This document shows, one piece after another, positions 1 to 9,280 of a stretch of 64,000 nt of DNA. Source of the DNA: Chloroflexota bacterium (GTDB taxonomy: Bacteria > Chloroflexota > Dehalococcoidia > Bin125); NCBI GenBank assembly GCA_028873865.1, contig JAPPNI010000039.1:26752-90751 (forward strand). Direction: 5' to 3'. Below the pieces are notes generated by a model. It was not told the DNA's origin, made no database searches, and saw only the letters and a list, made by a program, of their open reading frames with translations. The position numbers were made by a program, and so were the translations under genes. Every line of letters starts with the position of its first letter. The first letter of the stretch is position 1.

Positions 1-24
1 ACGAACAGGATCGAACCACTACCC

Positions 25-480
25 GTGCTCAACCGACTCAGTGGCTTTGCCTCCCGGCTGCTACTCATCCCGCTGGCCGGCATCGTCTTCGCCGCCGCCC
101 TGGGCGCGGGCTTCCAGTGGGGTGGGCCGGAGAAGCAGGATGTGGTGCGGGTCTTCGAGACCTCGCAACAGGGCCGCCTCGGTAGCGATGGCGCGCCAAC
201 TGGCGACCTCAGCGGATTTGTCACCGAGCGTTCCGGCGACTCATGGGTGGTTCGTGTTGGGGACTCGCTGCGCACCATTCAGTTCAGTGATGATTCGATC
301 ATCGAGGCGATGTTGCCCATTTGGACCGATGGCGTCCGGCCGGGTGACTACATCGTGGTCGGTGGGACCGACGACAACGTGAACACCTTCATCACGACGG
401 GCATCGTGATCATTCCGGAGTCTCAGGCGCTGCTCGGCGATCAGGCCGTCGAGGCGATTCGAGCGGACGCAAACCAATGA
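25..480 (+). CDS. hypothetical membrane-anchored/secreted small protein
   Basis: 151-aa ORF with N-terminal hydrophobic segment (LLLIPLAGIVFAAALGAGF); stop overlaps next start (ATGA at 477-480); no recognisable catalytic motif. Confidence 0.45.
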   Translation: MLNRLSGFASRLLLIPLAGIVFAAALGAGFQWGGPEKQDVVRVFETSQQGRLGSDGAPTGDLSGFVTERSGDSWVVRVGDSLRTIQFSDDSIIEAMLPIWTDGVRPGDYIVVGGTDDNVNTFITTGIVIIPESQALLGDQAVEAIRADANQ

Positions 481-992
481 TCCGGCGTCTGTTCGGCTGG
501 CTGTTGATTCTCGGGGCGCTCACCGCCGCCGGCATCGGCGGGTGGTTCGTCGGCTCTGACATCGTCGCTCCACAGCCTACGGAAGAAGACATCGTCGTCG
601 CCGAGAACGTGGTCGCCGGCCGATTGCAGGTCGATATCGATGAGGCGGCATACCCGAACGAAGCCCTCATCCTGGGCGCCAGCGGGCTCAACCCGTTCGG
701 CAACGCAGAGGGCCTTCAGGGCCGACAGGTCCTCTCCGGCCGCGTCATCTCCGTCTCCGGCGGCAAGCTCATCCTCGAGACGCCAACCGGGCGAGCCGAA
801 ATTCGCCTGACCGACGAGACCACTTTCCTGCTCCGCCTCGAGCGTGTCGACCCGATGACGATCGGCTCCGGAGCAGCGGTCACCATCATCCTCGACACCG
901 ATGGCGAAACGGCCGTATCCGCCATAGCCCTGCCGGCCGACTCCAGACCAACCCTCAACACTCCCGACGGACCACCTTCGCCGGACGGATAG
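477..992 (+). CDS. hypothetical membrane-anchored small protein (distant paralog-like of upstream ORF)
   Basis: 171-aa ORF, N-terminal TM (WLLILGALTAAGIGGWFVG), beta-rich G/V-repeat body similar in composition to ORF 25-480; translationally coupled. Confidence 0.45.
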   Translation: MIRRLFGWLLILGALTAAGIGGWFVGSDIVAPQPTEEDIVVAENVVAGRLQVDIDEAAYPNEALILGASGLNPFGNAEGLQGRQVLSGRVISVSGGKLILETPTGRAEIRLTDETTFLLRLERVDPMTIGSGAAVTIILDTDGETAVSAIALPADSRPTLNTPDGPPSPDG

Positions 993-1010
993 GCGCCAAA
1001 GCCTCGTGGG

Positions 1011-1484
1011 CTAGCCGTTGCGGCGCTCGAACTCCGCCCGCGCCTCGTCCAGCAACAAGTCCCGATCTGCGATCTCACCCTCAATCACAATGTGGTCCTC
1101 GCCCGTTCCGTCCAGGTACCAGCGCACGTTACCCATCGTCTCGACCCGCCGGACGCTGCGCAGATCGTCCCACTCAATCGTCTGCTGCTCAAGTCCCGCG
1201 TGCAACGCGGTCACGCCGTCCTCATGCACGATCACGGCGGTCGTCTGCCGTTGCCAGGTGATGAACACGACCGGCAGCATCGCGCCGGTGACCACCAGGA
1301 AGAAGATCGCCGCCCCGCCTGCCTCGGTGCTGCCGGTCGCCAGCCAGACGATGCCGGCAACGATCACTGCAATCAGCGGGAAGACGAACGTCGCGTTGTT
1401 GTACCACGAAGCCTGGTAGGTGTGAGCGCTGCGCACCCCGCGATAACGCAGCAGCGCCTCCGCATCCTTGCGGCGCAAATCCAT
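1011..1484 (-). CDS. hypothetical membrane protein (two TM + bPH-like soluble domain)
   Basis: 157-aa ORF with two hydrophobic helices followed by a soluble domain; architecture resembles bacterial PH-domain membrane proteins. Confidence 0.45.
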   Translation of the reverse strand: MDLRRKDAEALLRYRGVRSAHTYQASWYNNATFVFPLIAVIVAGIVWLATGSTEAGGAAIFFLVVTGAMLPVVFITWQRQTTAVIVHEDGVTALHAGLEQQTIEWDDLRSVRRVETMGNVRWYLDGTGEDHIVIEGEIADRDLLLDEARAEFERRNG

Positions 1485-1559
1485 TCAGCCCCTCCCTCCG
1501 GAAGGGAGCTTCCCCGCCTGGCGCGGGGATCAGGGAGGGCGCTCATCGCCCGCTCTCCG
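1485..1559 (-). terminator. GC-rich hairpins downstream of peroxiredoxin gene
   Basis: inverted repeats CTCCCT-CCGGA-AGGGAG and CCCCGC-CTGG-GCGGGG directly after the minus-strand stop at 1560; no U-tract. Confidence 0.3.
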
Positions 1560-2042
1560 TTAAGCGTGCTCGAGGATCGCCGCGGCCGAGGTCATCGCGC
1601 AGGTACCGGGGTTCTCTTCGGTCTGGAACGCCTTGACCACGCCGTCGTCGACCAGCATCGCGAAACGGGTGCAGCGGAATCCCAGGCCCAGACCCGACAG
1701 GTCGAGCCCGATGTCCATCGCGCGGGTGATGTCGCCCGAGCCGTCGGCCAGCATCGTGATGTGCTCCGCGCCGTGCGCCGCGTTCCAGGCCTGGAGCACG
1801 AAAATGTCGTTGGTCGACATGCAGATCGTCTGCTCGATCCCGGCGGCATCGAGCTGGGCCTTCCCGACGGCGAAGGTCGGCAGGTGATCATTGGTGCAGG
1901 TCGGCGTGAACGCTCCCGGCACACCGAAGATCACGGTCTTCTTGTCGCCCACCAGCTCGCGGACATTCACCGGTCCCGGGCGGCCTTCCGATATCACGGT
2001 TCCATTCACATCCGGCAGCGTGTCTCCAGCAGCAATCGGCAT
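1560..2042 (-). CDS. peroxiredoxin (Prx5-like, AhpC/TSA family)
   Basis: 160 aa; VPGAFTPTCT peroxidatic-Cys motif typical of Prx5 subfamily. Confidence 0.85.
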   Translation of the reverse strand: MPIAAGDTLPDVNGTVISEGRPGPVNVRELVGDKKTVIFGVPGAFTPTCTNDHLPTFAVGKAQLDAAGIEQTICMSTNDIFVLQAWNAAHGAEHITMLADGSGDITRAMDIGLDLSGLGLGFRCTRFAMLVDDGVVKAFQTEENPGTCAMTSAAAILEHA

Positions 2043-2167
2043 CTTGCTCTCCTCAGCGTGGAATGATCAGGTTCACACTGCCCAGCCTAATGGCAGACTG
2101 CCGCGCGAATCCGGTCGCAGACCTAGACTGCCCGCACACGACAGGTTGACTGCGAGGAGGACCAAGA

Positions 2168-2947
2168 ATGGCCATCGATCGACTTGAGGGACGCGTTGCG
2201 CTGGTCACCGGGGCGGGATCCGGGATTGGACGGGCGTCGGCGCTGCGCATGGCTTCGGAAGGCGCCGCTGTGATGTGTGCCGACGTCAACGTCGAGGGCG
2301 CGCAGACGACGGCGGCGCAGATTGCCGAGCACGGCGGCCGTTCGGCCACGATGGAGTTGGACGTCACCTCGGAAGACGCGGTCAAGGATGCGCTCTCGCA
2401 GACCGTGCAGGTGCTTGGCGGACTCGACGTGCTGTTCAACAACGCCGGCATCGGCGGCAGCCAGTACGGCTGGGACCGGACCATCGAGGTCAACCTCAGC
2501 GGCGTTTACTACGGCACGTTCCACGGCGCCGCGCTGCTGGCCGAGCGCGGCGGCGGATCGATCATCAACACCGCCTCGATCGCCGGTCTCAACGGACTGC
2601 TGAGCAGCGCCTCGACCCGAGACGTCGACCTCGAAGTCGAAGAGGGAGCGGGCGCGTACGTTGCGGCCAAGCACGGCGTTGTCGGCATCACGCGGCAGTT
2701 CGCCGTCACCTACGGACCGCGCGGCGTGCGCGTCAACGCGGTCTGCCCCGGCTACATCCACACGCCGATGACGGCGCAGATTCGCGAGATGGAAGGCGCC
2801 GAGGAGTTCCTCGCCTCGCTGCACCCGCTGGGCCGGCTGGGTCAGCCGGAGGAGATCGCGGCGGCGGCGGCGTTCCTGGCCTCCGACGACGCCAGCTTCG
2901 TCAACGGCGTCGCGCTGCCGGTCGACGGCGGCTACACGGCTCGCTAG
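2168..2947 (+). CDS. SDR family oxidoreductase
   Basis: TGAGSGIGRA Rossmann motif, NNAG, YxxxK (YVAAK); GGAGG SD upstream. Confidence 0.9.
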   Translation: MAIDRLEGRVALVTGAGSGIGRASALRMASEGAAVMCADVNVEGAQTTAAQIAEHGGRSATMELDVTSEDAVKDALSQTVQVLGGLDVLFNNAGIGGSQYGWDRTIEVNLSGVYYGTFHGAALLAERGGGSIINTASIAGLNGLLSSASTRDVDLEVEEGAGAYVAAKHGVVGITRQFAVTYGPRGVRVNAVCPGYIHTPMTAQIREMEGAEEFLASLHPLGRLGQPEEIAAAAAFLASDDASFVNGVALPVDGGYTAR

Positions 2948-2956
2948 GAGATCATC

Positions 2957-3778
2957 ATGGCCATCGCACACGTCAACGGGGTCGACCTGTACTACGAGGA
3001 CACCGGCATCGGCGACCCGATTATTTTCCAGCACGGCTACACCGCCTCGCACGACGGCTGGGCTCCCGTGATCGAGCGAATGAGCGCGCAGTACCGCTGC
3101 ATCGCGATGGACTGTCGCGGTGCAGGGGACTCCGCCCATCCCGACGACGGCTACACGATCGAGCAGCTCGCCGCCGACGTCGTCGGCATGGCGGACTATC
3201 ACGGCTTCGACCGCTTCCACTACGCCGGGCAGAGCATGGGCGGTCTGATCGGGTTCGAGCTGGGACTGTCCCATGCCGACCGCCTGCTCAGCCTCTCGCT
3301 CTCGGCGCCGGCGCCGGCCGACGGGATCCAGATGCCGCAGTCGGCGCGGGACACGATGCGCGAACGCTGGGCGAACCGGGAGCGCGACCTGCTGATCCGC
3401 ACCTCGCTGGCCGGGGTGCCGCGCGAGTCGGCGCACGCCGACGTGCCCAACCAGGTCGACCGCCAGCTCTCCGTTTCCGTTGGTCACTACGACGGCTGCT
3501 GGGAGGCGATGGTCAACTACCACAAGGGCAACCGGCTGGGCGAGATCCAGACGCCCACGTTGCTGCTCGCCGGCGCGGCCGACTCGCTGCTGACGCCCAA
3601 CCTCAAGGACTTCGCCCGACTCGGCAACGCGACGCTGCACGTCTTCAGCCGGGTCGGACACGGCGTGCCCCGCGAGGTTCCGTCGGCCTACGCGCGGGTC
3701 GTGACCGACTTCCTCGAGCATGGGGTGGTCAACGCGCAAACCGTGGCCAAGGCGGTGGCGGAGGCAGCTCAGGGGTAG
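2957..3778 (+). CDS. alpha/beta hydrolase
   Basis: 273 aa; GQSMGG nucleophile elbow (G-x-S-x-G), HG oxyanion motif. Confidence 0.85.
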   Translation: MAIAHVNGVDLYYEDTGIGDPIIFQHGYTASHDGWAPVIERMSAQYRCIAMDCRGAGDSAHPDDGYTIEQLAADVVGMADYHGFDRFHYAGQSMGGLIGFELGLSHADRLLSLSLSAPAPADGIQMPQSARDTMRERWANRERDLLIRTSLAGVPRESAHADVPNQVDRQLSVSVGHYDGCWEAMVNYHKGNRLGEIQTPTLLLAGAADSLLTPNLKDFARLGNATLHVFSRVGHGVPREVPSAYARVVTDFLEHGVVNAQTVAKAVAEAAQG

Positions 3779-3821
3779 GCAACGAGAAGCCGATCCGGAT
3801 CTTCGCGCCCGGCCATGGCCA

Positions 3822-4106
3822 ATGAACCTGCGCTTCTACATCGACCCGGAGACGGATGCACCCCACATTCATCTGCACGGTGTGGCGGAACGTGAAGTGC
3901 AGGAAGTGTTACTCTCGCCCCGAGAGGATCGGCCTGGTCGGGAGGATTCACGGATCGCTATCGGCCAAACTGACGGCGGGCGATTTCTACGGGTGATCTA
4001 TACACGCCGCACGGAGCCGGGCAGCATATTCGTGATCACCGCCTACGACTTGAGCAACACTCAGCTCTGCGCGTTTCGGCGACGCAGTCGGAGGAAAGGG
4101 CGATGA
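3822..4106 (+). CDS. BrnT-like (DUF497) toxin
   Basis: 94-aa ORF starting ATG 3822; pattern HGV..E.EV....ED....R.A.G.T..GR.L.V.YT.R....VITAY matches BrnT ribonuclease-toxin fold; stop overlaps downstream start by 4 nt. Confidence 0.6.
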   Translation: MNLRFYIDPETDAPHIHLHGVAEREVQEVLLSPREDRPGREDSRIAIGQTDGGRFLRVIYTRRTEPGSIFVITAYDLSNTQLCAFRRRSRRKGR

Positions 4107-4324
4107 CGCAGAACACCAACGACTTTCCACCGGGCTGGGATGAGACCAGAGTGCAACGAGTGATCGCGCACTACGAATCGCAGTCGGACGACGAGGCAAT
4201 CGCCGAAGACGAAGCAGCGTTCTTGGATAGCGACTACTCCGTCATGCTGATCCCCCGCGCTCTCGTTCCCGCCGTGCACGAGTTGCTGAGCGCCTCCGAG
4301 CCGAGTGTTCCCAGCGCTCAGTAA
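4103..4324 (+). CDS. BrnA-like antitoxin (putative)
   Basis: 73-aa acidic ORF with PPGWDETRVQRV motif reminiscent of the BrnA GWQTRIN motif; strong SD GGAGGAAAGGG; toxin-first gene order typical of BrnTA. Confidence 0.5.
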   Translation: MTQNTNDFPPGWDETRVQRVIAHYESQSDDEAIAEDEAAFLDSDYSVMLIPRALVPAVHELLSASEPSVPSAQ

Positions 4325-4347
4325 CGTCTTCCGCGATCGGCATCGTC

Positions 4348-5859
4348 TTGAGCACCAAGATCCCGCAGCCGATCCGCAGCGCCGTCGTCGTCGGAGGCGG
4401 AAGCGCCGGCTTCCTCGCCGCCCTGACCTTTCGGCGCATGCTGCCGCAGATCAAGCTGACCGTCGTCCACTCGCCCGACATCCCGATCATCGGGGTCGGC
4501 GAATCGACCACGCCGGCAGTGCCGGTCCACCTGCACGAACACCTGGGCATCGATCGCAACGAGTTCCACAAGGAAGTCCGCCCGAGCTGGAAGCTGGGCC
4601 TCCGCTTCGAGTGGGGCGCAAAGGACGTGCCGCACTTCAACTACACCTTCGACAAGTACCTCGACCAGCGGATCGAAGGCCTCTCCAAGTGGAACGCCTT
4701 CTACTGCCTCCACGACATGCGCGACGCCAGCACGTTCAACGCGATCATGGACCGCGACCGCTCACCCGCCAACATCCGCAACGGCCGCCTCTCGCTTGAC
4801 CCGCGCGCGACGTACCACATACCGAACGCGTCGTTCATCGATTACCTCGAACGCAAGTCGGTGGCCTCGGGCGCGGAGCTGATTGCCGACCAGGTTGTAA
4901 GTGTTGAGCACAACGAGTCGGGCGGCGTCAAGTCGCTCAAGCTGGCCAGCGGGCGCGAGTTGGAGGCGGACCTGTTCGTCGACTGCTCCGGCTTCGGCTC
5001 GCTCCTACTGGGCAAGACGCTGGATGAGCCGTACATCTCCTACCGCGACGTGCTCTATTGCGACCGGGCCGTGGTCGGCTCGTGGTCTCGGGCCGACTTC
5101 CCGGAGGACGACACGATCCGTCCCTACACGACGATGACCACGATGAAGCACGGCTGGTGCTGGCGGATCGACTTCGAGGAAGTGGTCACGCGCGGCTACG
5201 TGTACTCGTCCCAGTTCTGCTCGGAGGAGGAAGCGGAGTTCGAGCTGCGCGCCCTGCAACCCCAGCTCGCCGGCGCGGACCTGCGCCTGCTCAAGTTCCC
5301 CAGCGGCCGGCGCGAGCGCTACATCGCTAAGAACGTCGTCGCAGTCGGCAATGCTTCGGGCTTCGTCGAGCCGCTCGAAGCCACCTCGCTGCACCTGATC
5401 ATCGAGCAGATCTACAACCTGACCTGGGCGCTGACCGACGCAGACCGCATCCTCACCGATTCCCTGCGTTATCTGCTCAACGAGCGCTTCGCCTCAACCT
5501 GGGACGATGTGCGCGACTTCCTCGCGCTGCACTACAAGTTCAACGAGCACCAGGACACGCCGTTCTGGCGCCATTGCCGCGCGGAGTCGCCGCTCGGTCA
5601 GATCCAGGAGATGGTCGACTGCTACGCCGCGGTCGGCCCCTCGCGACTGCTGGCGCGTCTGACGTCGAACGCGACGATCTTCGGCTACAGCGGCTACGCC
5701 TCGATGCTGCTCGGTCTGCGTGTGCCGACATCACTCCAGCCTGAATTGACCCGCCGGGAGCGAGCGCGCTGGGACGAGTATCGCAAGGCCAACGCGGTCG
5801 CCGCCTCGCAGACGCTGCGAATGAGGCAGGCGCTGAACAGGGCGTATCGGGGGCCATGA
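4348..5859 (+). CDS. tryptophan halogenase family (flavin-dependent halogenase-like) protein
   Basis: 503 aa; N-terminal GGGSAGF FAD motif, IGVGESTTP (GxGEAT-like), conserved Lys region SWKLGLRF, degenerate WxWxIP motif (GWCWRID); first in-frame start is TTG. Confidence 0.65.
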   Translation: MSTKIPQPIRSAVVVGGGSAGFLAALTFRRMLPQIKLTVVHSPDIPIIGVGESTTPAVPVHLHEHLGIDRNEFHKEVRPSWKLGLRFEWGAKDVPHFNYTFDKYLDQRIEGLSKWNAFYCLHDMRDASTFNAIMDRDRSPANIRNGRLSLDPRATYHIPNASFIDYLERKSVASGAELIADQVVSVEHNESGGVKSLKLASGRELEADLFVDCSGFGSLLLGKTLDEPYISYRDVLYCDRAVVGSWSRADFPEDDTIRPYTTMTTMKHGWCWRIDFEEVVTRGYVYSSQFCSEEEAEFELRALQPQLAGADLRLLKFPSGRRERYIAKNVVAVGNASGFVEPLEATSLHLIIEQIYNLTWALTDADRILTDSLRYLLNERFASTWDDVRDFLALHYKFNEHQDTPFWRHCRAESPLGQIQEMVDCYAAVGPSRLLARLTSNATIFGYSGYASMLLGLRVPTSLQPELTRRERARWDEYRKANAVAASQTLRMRQALNRAYRGP

Positions 5860-6236
5860 AGCTCAGGCGACGAGCGGGCGTCGTTGCTCGACGAAGCGTT
5901 CGACGCGCATCAGGTTTTGAGCGATCGCTTCGGCCGACAGCAACCCGTCGTAGAAGTTGGCGTGCGCCCTGCTCGGAAACTCGGTGGCGGTCTCGATCTG
6001 GTCGACGGTGCGGGTGGTCATGGCGTCCAGCATACGCCCGTTCAAGCCGGGGGCCGGCTCCGCGACGCAGCATTGCGCTCGCCGTCAGCTTGTTCGCGCC
6101 AGATGCAAGCAAGCAACACCTGGCCAGGAAGCGGCGGCAGATGCGGGGCCGCTTGACAAGGGGGGGCAGGGACTAGGTTACCCGCGATCGCCGATACGGT
6201 CAAGACACAAGCGGCGATTCGGGACGGAGGCCTTGG

Positions 6237-8123
6237 ATGACCGAGCGAACCTACTGGCAGCGAATGAAGCGCCGAACAATGAGCCGACGGTCCCTGTTGC
6301 GGGCTTCTGCTCGCGCCGGAGTCGGCGCGGCCGGACTGGCGCTCGTGGGCTGCGGCGGCGATGACGACGACGACGATCAGCCCGCCGCGGCGCAAGCTCA
6401 GCAGCAAGCCGAACAGCAGCAACAGGCCGCCGAGCAGCAGGCGATGCAGCAGGAGCAGCAGGAACAGACTCAGCAGGAACAGCAGCAGCAGGCTGCGGTC
6501 GCCCAGGCGCAGCAGCAACAGCAGGCGCAGGCGGCATCGGACGCCCTGCGCGGAGGCACCTGGCGAATCTCCGACGCGTTCGCGCCACAGTGGGGATTCG
6601 ACCCGCTGGTCACGCCCTCCGGCGGCGACCACTACCAGTCGATTCCGATCTTCTACGACCGCCTGCTCAACTATGACGAGCAGGGCGCGGCGTTGCCGAT
6701 GCTGGCCGAGGCCTGGGAGATCCCCGACGACGTGACCTACGTGTTCAGCCTGCGACCGGGACTGACCTATCACGACGGCACGGCCGTTGACGCCGCCTCG
6801 ATCCAGACCAACATGGACCGGATCGTGAACATCGAGGAGGAAAGCGTCGAGGCGACGCCGAATCAGCGTGCGGTGACGCTCGGTCAGACGATGGCCAACT
6901 CGGAAGCGATCGATGGCGTGACCTGGCGCTACGTGGCCAATGAGGTATTCGCACCGACATTGTCGTTGTTCTACGGCAAACCGCCAGGCATCGCTCCAAT
7001 CTCTCCGGATTCCTTCGACACGGCCGTGACCCACCCGGTTGGGGCTGGTCCCTTCAGCTTCGACAACTACATCGAGGGTCAGGAGTTGACCGCTTCCAGG
7101 TTCCCGGACTATTGGAACGCTGAGAACATCTACTTCGACAACTACAGCTTCGAAATCCTGCCGGACTCGAACACGCAGTGGCTGGCCTTCCTGGGCGGCG
7201 ACCACGATGTCGTTCGTGTTCCCGGATCACTGGCAGCCGACGCGGACCAGATGGCAGACATCGAAGACGACGGCTTCGTCGTACTGGGCGATGTCTCGAG
7301 CGTGTTCGTTCAAACCTGGTTCAACACCAATCCCAGCGGACCGGAGGAACTGACGATCTGGCGTGACCCGCGCATGCGACACGCGATTAATCTGGCCACT
7401 GACCGCCACGCGATCAACGACGCCGCCTTCAATGGGACCGGCGCAGCCTCCCGTGCGCCGATCGGAGTAACCACATCGCTGTTGCCCAAGGATGTCGACT
7501 GGTACGACGATTCACCCAACCCGGCCGAAGCCGTCAAGCTGATCGACGCCGCCGGCTACACCGGTCAGGTGACCGGCGACATGATGACGTACAGCATCGA
7601 CCCGCTCTATCTCGGTACGAGGCCGATGCACGCTCAGCTCGCGGAAGTCGGGATGGACTTCAACCTGGTTGAGGGCACGATCGCCGGCATCGTCGACCGC
7701 CTCTTCCAGGCGGAGGACTACGCCATCGCGGTACTCAGTTGGGAGTCGCCATTCGACCCGGATCAGATCCTGCGGCCGAGCATGAACGGACTGCGCGAGT
7801 GGTTCTACGGCGGCGGCCGCGAGCAGTACGACGAGTTGCTGGCCGCAGGCAGCGAGTACGAAGTTGGCCTGGAGGAAGCTTCACGCCTGCAAGACCTGAC
7901 CGCGCGCACGACTGACTTTGAGGAACGCGTGAAGCGCTATGCCGAGTTCTTCGAGGTCTATGTCGAAGGCGCGTACACCGTGCCGATCATTCACTATCCG
8001 CTCAACTACGCAGTCTCACCGGGCGTGCGACATACCGGCGACATCAACAGTCTGTTCCGAGGCTGCGACGGAGTCGGAGGGACGGCCGACATGCTGGCTG
8101 GGGTCTACAAGGTGGATACGTAG
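6237..8123 (+). CDS. ABC transporter substrate-binding lipoprotein (family 5, peptide/nickel type) with Tat signal and poly-Q/A/E linker
   Basis: 628 aa; SRRSLLRASARAGVGAAGLALVGCGG (twin-arginine + lipobox), then D6 + about 65-aa Q/A/E low-complexity linker, then SBP_bac_5-like body; GGAGG SD. Confidence 0.85.
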   Translation: MTERTYWQRMKRRTMSRRSLLRASARAGVGAAGLALVGCGGDDDDDDQPAAAQAQQQAEQQQQAAEQQAMQQEQQEQTQQEQQQQAAVAQAQQQQQAQAASDALRGGTWRISDAFAPQWGFDPLVTPSGGDHYQSIPIFYDRLLNYDEQGAALPMLAEAWEIPDDVTYVFSLRPGLTYHDGTAVDAASIQTNMDRIVNIEEESVEATPNQRAVTLGQTMANSEAIDGVTWRYVANEVFAPTLSLFYGKPPGIAPISPDSFDTAVTHPVGAGPFSFDNYIEGQELTASRFPDYWNAENIYFDNYSFEILPDSNTQWLAFLGGDHDVVRVPGSLAADADQMADIEDDGFVVLGDVSSVFVQTWFNTNPSGPEELTIWRDPRMRHAINLATDRHAINDAAFNGTGAASRAPIGVTTSLLPKDVDWYDDSPNPAEAVKLIDAAGYTGQVTGDMMTYSIDPLYLGTRPMHAQLAEVGMDFNLVEGTIAGIVDRLFQAEDYAIAVLSWESPFDPDQILRPSMNGLREWFYGGGREQYDELLAAGSEYEVGLEEASRLQDLTARTTDFEERVKRYAEFFEVYVEGAYTVPIIHYPLNYAVSPGVRHTGDINSLFRGCDGVGGTADMLAGVYKVDT

Positions 8124-8166
8124 GGCCTATTCATATGAGGCGAGGAATCGAACAAACCTCCGTCAT

Positions 8167-8252
8167 ACCCGCGCTTGTCGCGGGTATCTCGCCGCCGTGA
8201 GCACCGGTGTCGGTGCTGGACGCCACGAGATTGCCGCGGCAAGCGCGGCAAT
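8167..8252 (+). promoter_or_regulatory. three intercistronic stem-loops between the binding-protein gene and the first permease gene
   Basis: ACCCGCG-cttgt-CGCGGGT (8167-8185), GCACCG-gtgt-CGGTGC (8201-8216), ATTGCCGCG-gcaag-CGCGGCAAT (8230-8252). Confidence 0.35.
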
Positions 8253-8323
8253 GACTGCATGTTTGGGCACCGCTCGGCACAAATGTGAACACGCTCTAAG
8301 CGGGTAGCCCTGGAGTCCGGCCG

Positions 8324-9280
8324 ATGATTAGCTACATCGGGGCACGCTTTCTCTCGTCGTTGTTGGTCCTCTTCATTGTCAGCGTGGTCGCGTTCGTCTT
8401 GATGAACGTGGTCGAGGGCGATCCGGCCCGGGCGATGCTGGAGCTCAACGCGACGGAGGAGAAGATCGCGGCCGTGCGGGCCAGTCTCGGCCTCGACAAA
8501 CCCCTGCACGAGCGCTACGCGCACTGGATCTACAACGCTTTCCAGGGCGACCTCGGCCTGGCGCTGACATCCAGGATTCCGATCACCGAACTCTTCCGGG
8601 AGAAACTCGTCCCAACGATGCAGTTGGGTATTCTCGCCCTGATTGTCGTGCTCTGTCTCTCGATCCCGGTCGGCGTGCTGGCCGCGCTGCGGCCCGGCTC
8701 CAAGACCGAGGTAGCCGCCAGCACGACGATGATCGTGGGCGCCTCGATCCCGGAATATCTCAGCGGCATCGCGCTGGTCTACATCGTCGGCTTCGAGCTC
8801 GAATTGTTGCCGCGCAGCGGCTATGTGCCGTTAAGCGAGGACGTGATCGAGAGCCTGAAGCACATGGTGTTGCCCGTGATCGCGTTGTCGTTGATCTCGA
8901 CCACGCTGGTGATGCGGCAGACCCGCTCGGCGATGATCAACGTGCTCCAGGACGACTACATCCGTACCGCCCGGGCCAAGGGACTGCGCGACCGGGCCGT
9001 GATCATCCGCCACGGACTGCGCAACGCAATGATTCCGGTGATCACCGTGTTCGGGTTCCAGGTCGGCGTGGTCTTTGGCGGCGCGGTGATCACCGAGCAA
9101 GTCTTCGCGATCCCGGGAATGGGCCGACTGTTCGTGCAGTCGGTCGTGCAGGTCCAGGACTACTCGGTCGTGCAAAACCTGGTCATGTTCTTCGCGATCA
9201 TCACGGTCGCGGTCAACCTGCTGGTCGACCTGACCTACCCCCTGATTGACCCGCGCATCAGGCAAGGGATCAGCGCATGA
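8324..9280 (+). CDS. ABC transporter permease (DppB/OppB-like)
   Basis: 318 aa multi-TM; EAA-like loop region characteristic of binding-protein-dependent permeases. Confidence 0.9.
   Translation: MISYIGARFLSSLLVLFIVSVVAFVLMNVVEGDPARAMLELNATEEKIAAVRASLGLDKPLHERYAHWIYNAFQGDLGLALTSRIPITELFREKLVPTMQLGILALIVVLCLSIPVGVLAALRPGSKTEVAASTTMIVGASIPEYLSGIALVYIVGFELELLPRSGYVPLSEDVIESLKHMVLPVIALSLISTTLVMRQTRSAMINVLQDDYIRTARAKGLRDRAVIIRHGLRNAMIPVITVFGFQVGVVFGGAVITEQVFAIPGMGRLFVQSVVQVQDYSVVQNLVMFFAIITVAVNLLVDLTYPLIDPRIRQGISA

Noticed and set aside
2123-3825. Long alternative-frame ORFs (2123-3739 minus, 538 aa; 2275-3825 plus, 516 aa) overlapping the SDR and hydrolase genes
   Set aside because: Arg/Ala/Gly/Pro-rich translations with no motifs; typical high-GC open-frame artefacts. 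The annotated frames carry clear SDR and alpha/beta-hydrolase signatures.
5863-6045. 56-60-aa minus-strand ORF in the spacer after the halogenase-like gene
   Set aside because: TTG start on the ORF track; the internal ATG has only a weak SD; no recognisable domain. The spacer more plausibly holds the SBP1 promoter (TTGACA...TAGGTT). Kept as unproven.
6042-7205. 387-aa minus-strand ORF with poly-Leu runs antisense to SBP1, and the analogous 20722-22272 minus ORF antisense to SBP2
   Set aside because: Poly-L is simply the reverse complement of the poly-Q (CAG/CAA) linker. The sense frames encode bona fide binding proteins.
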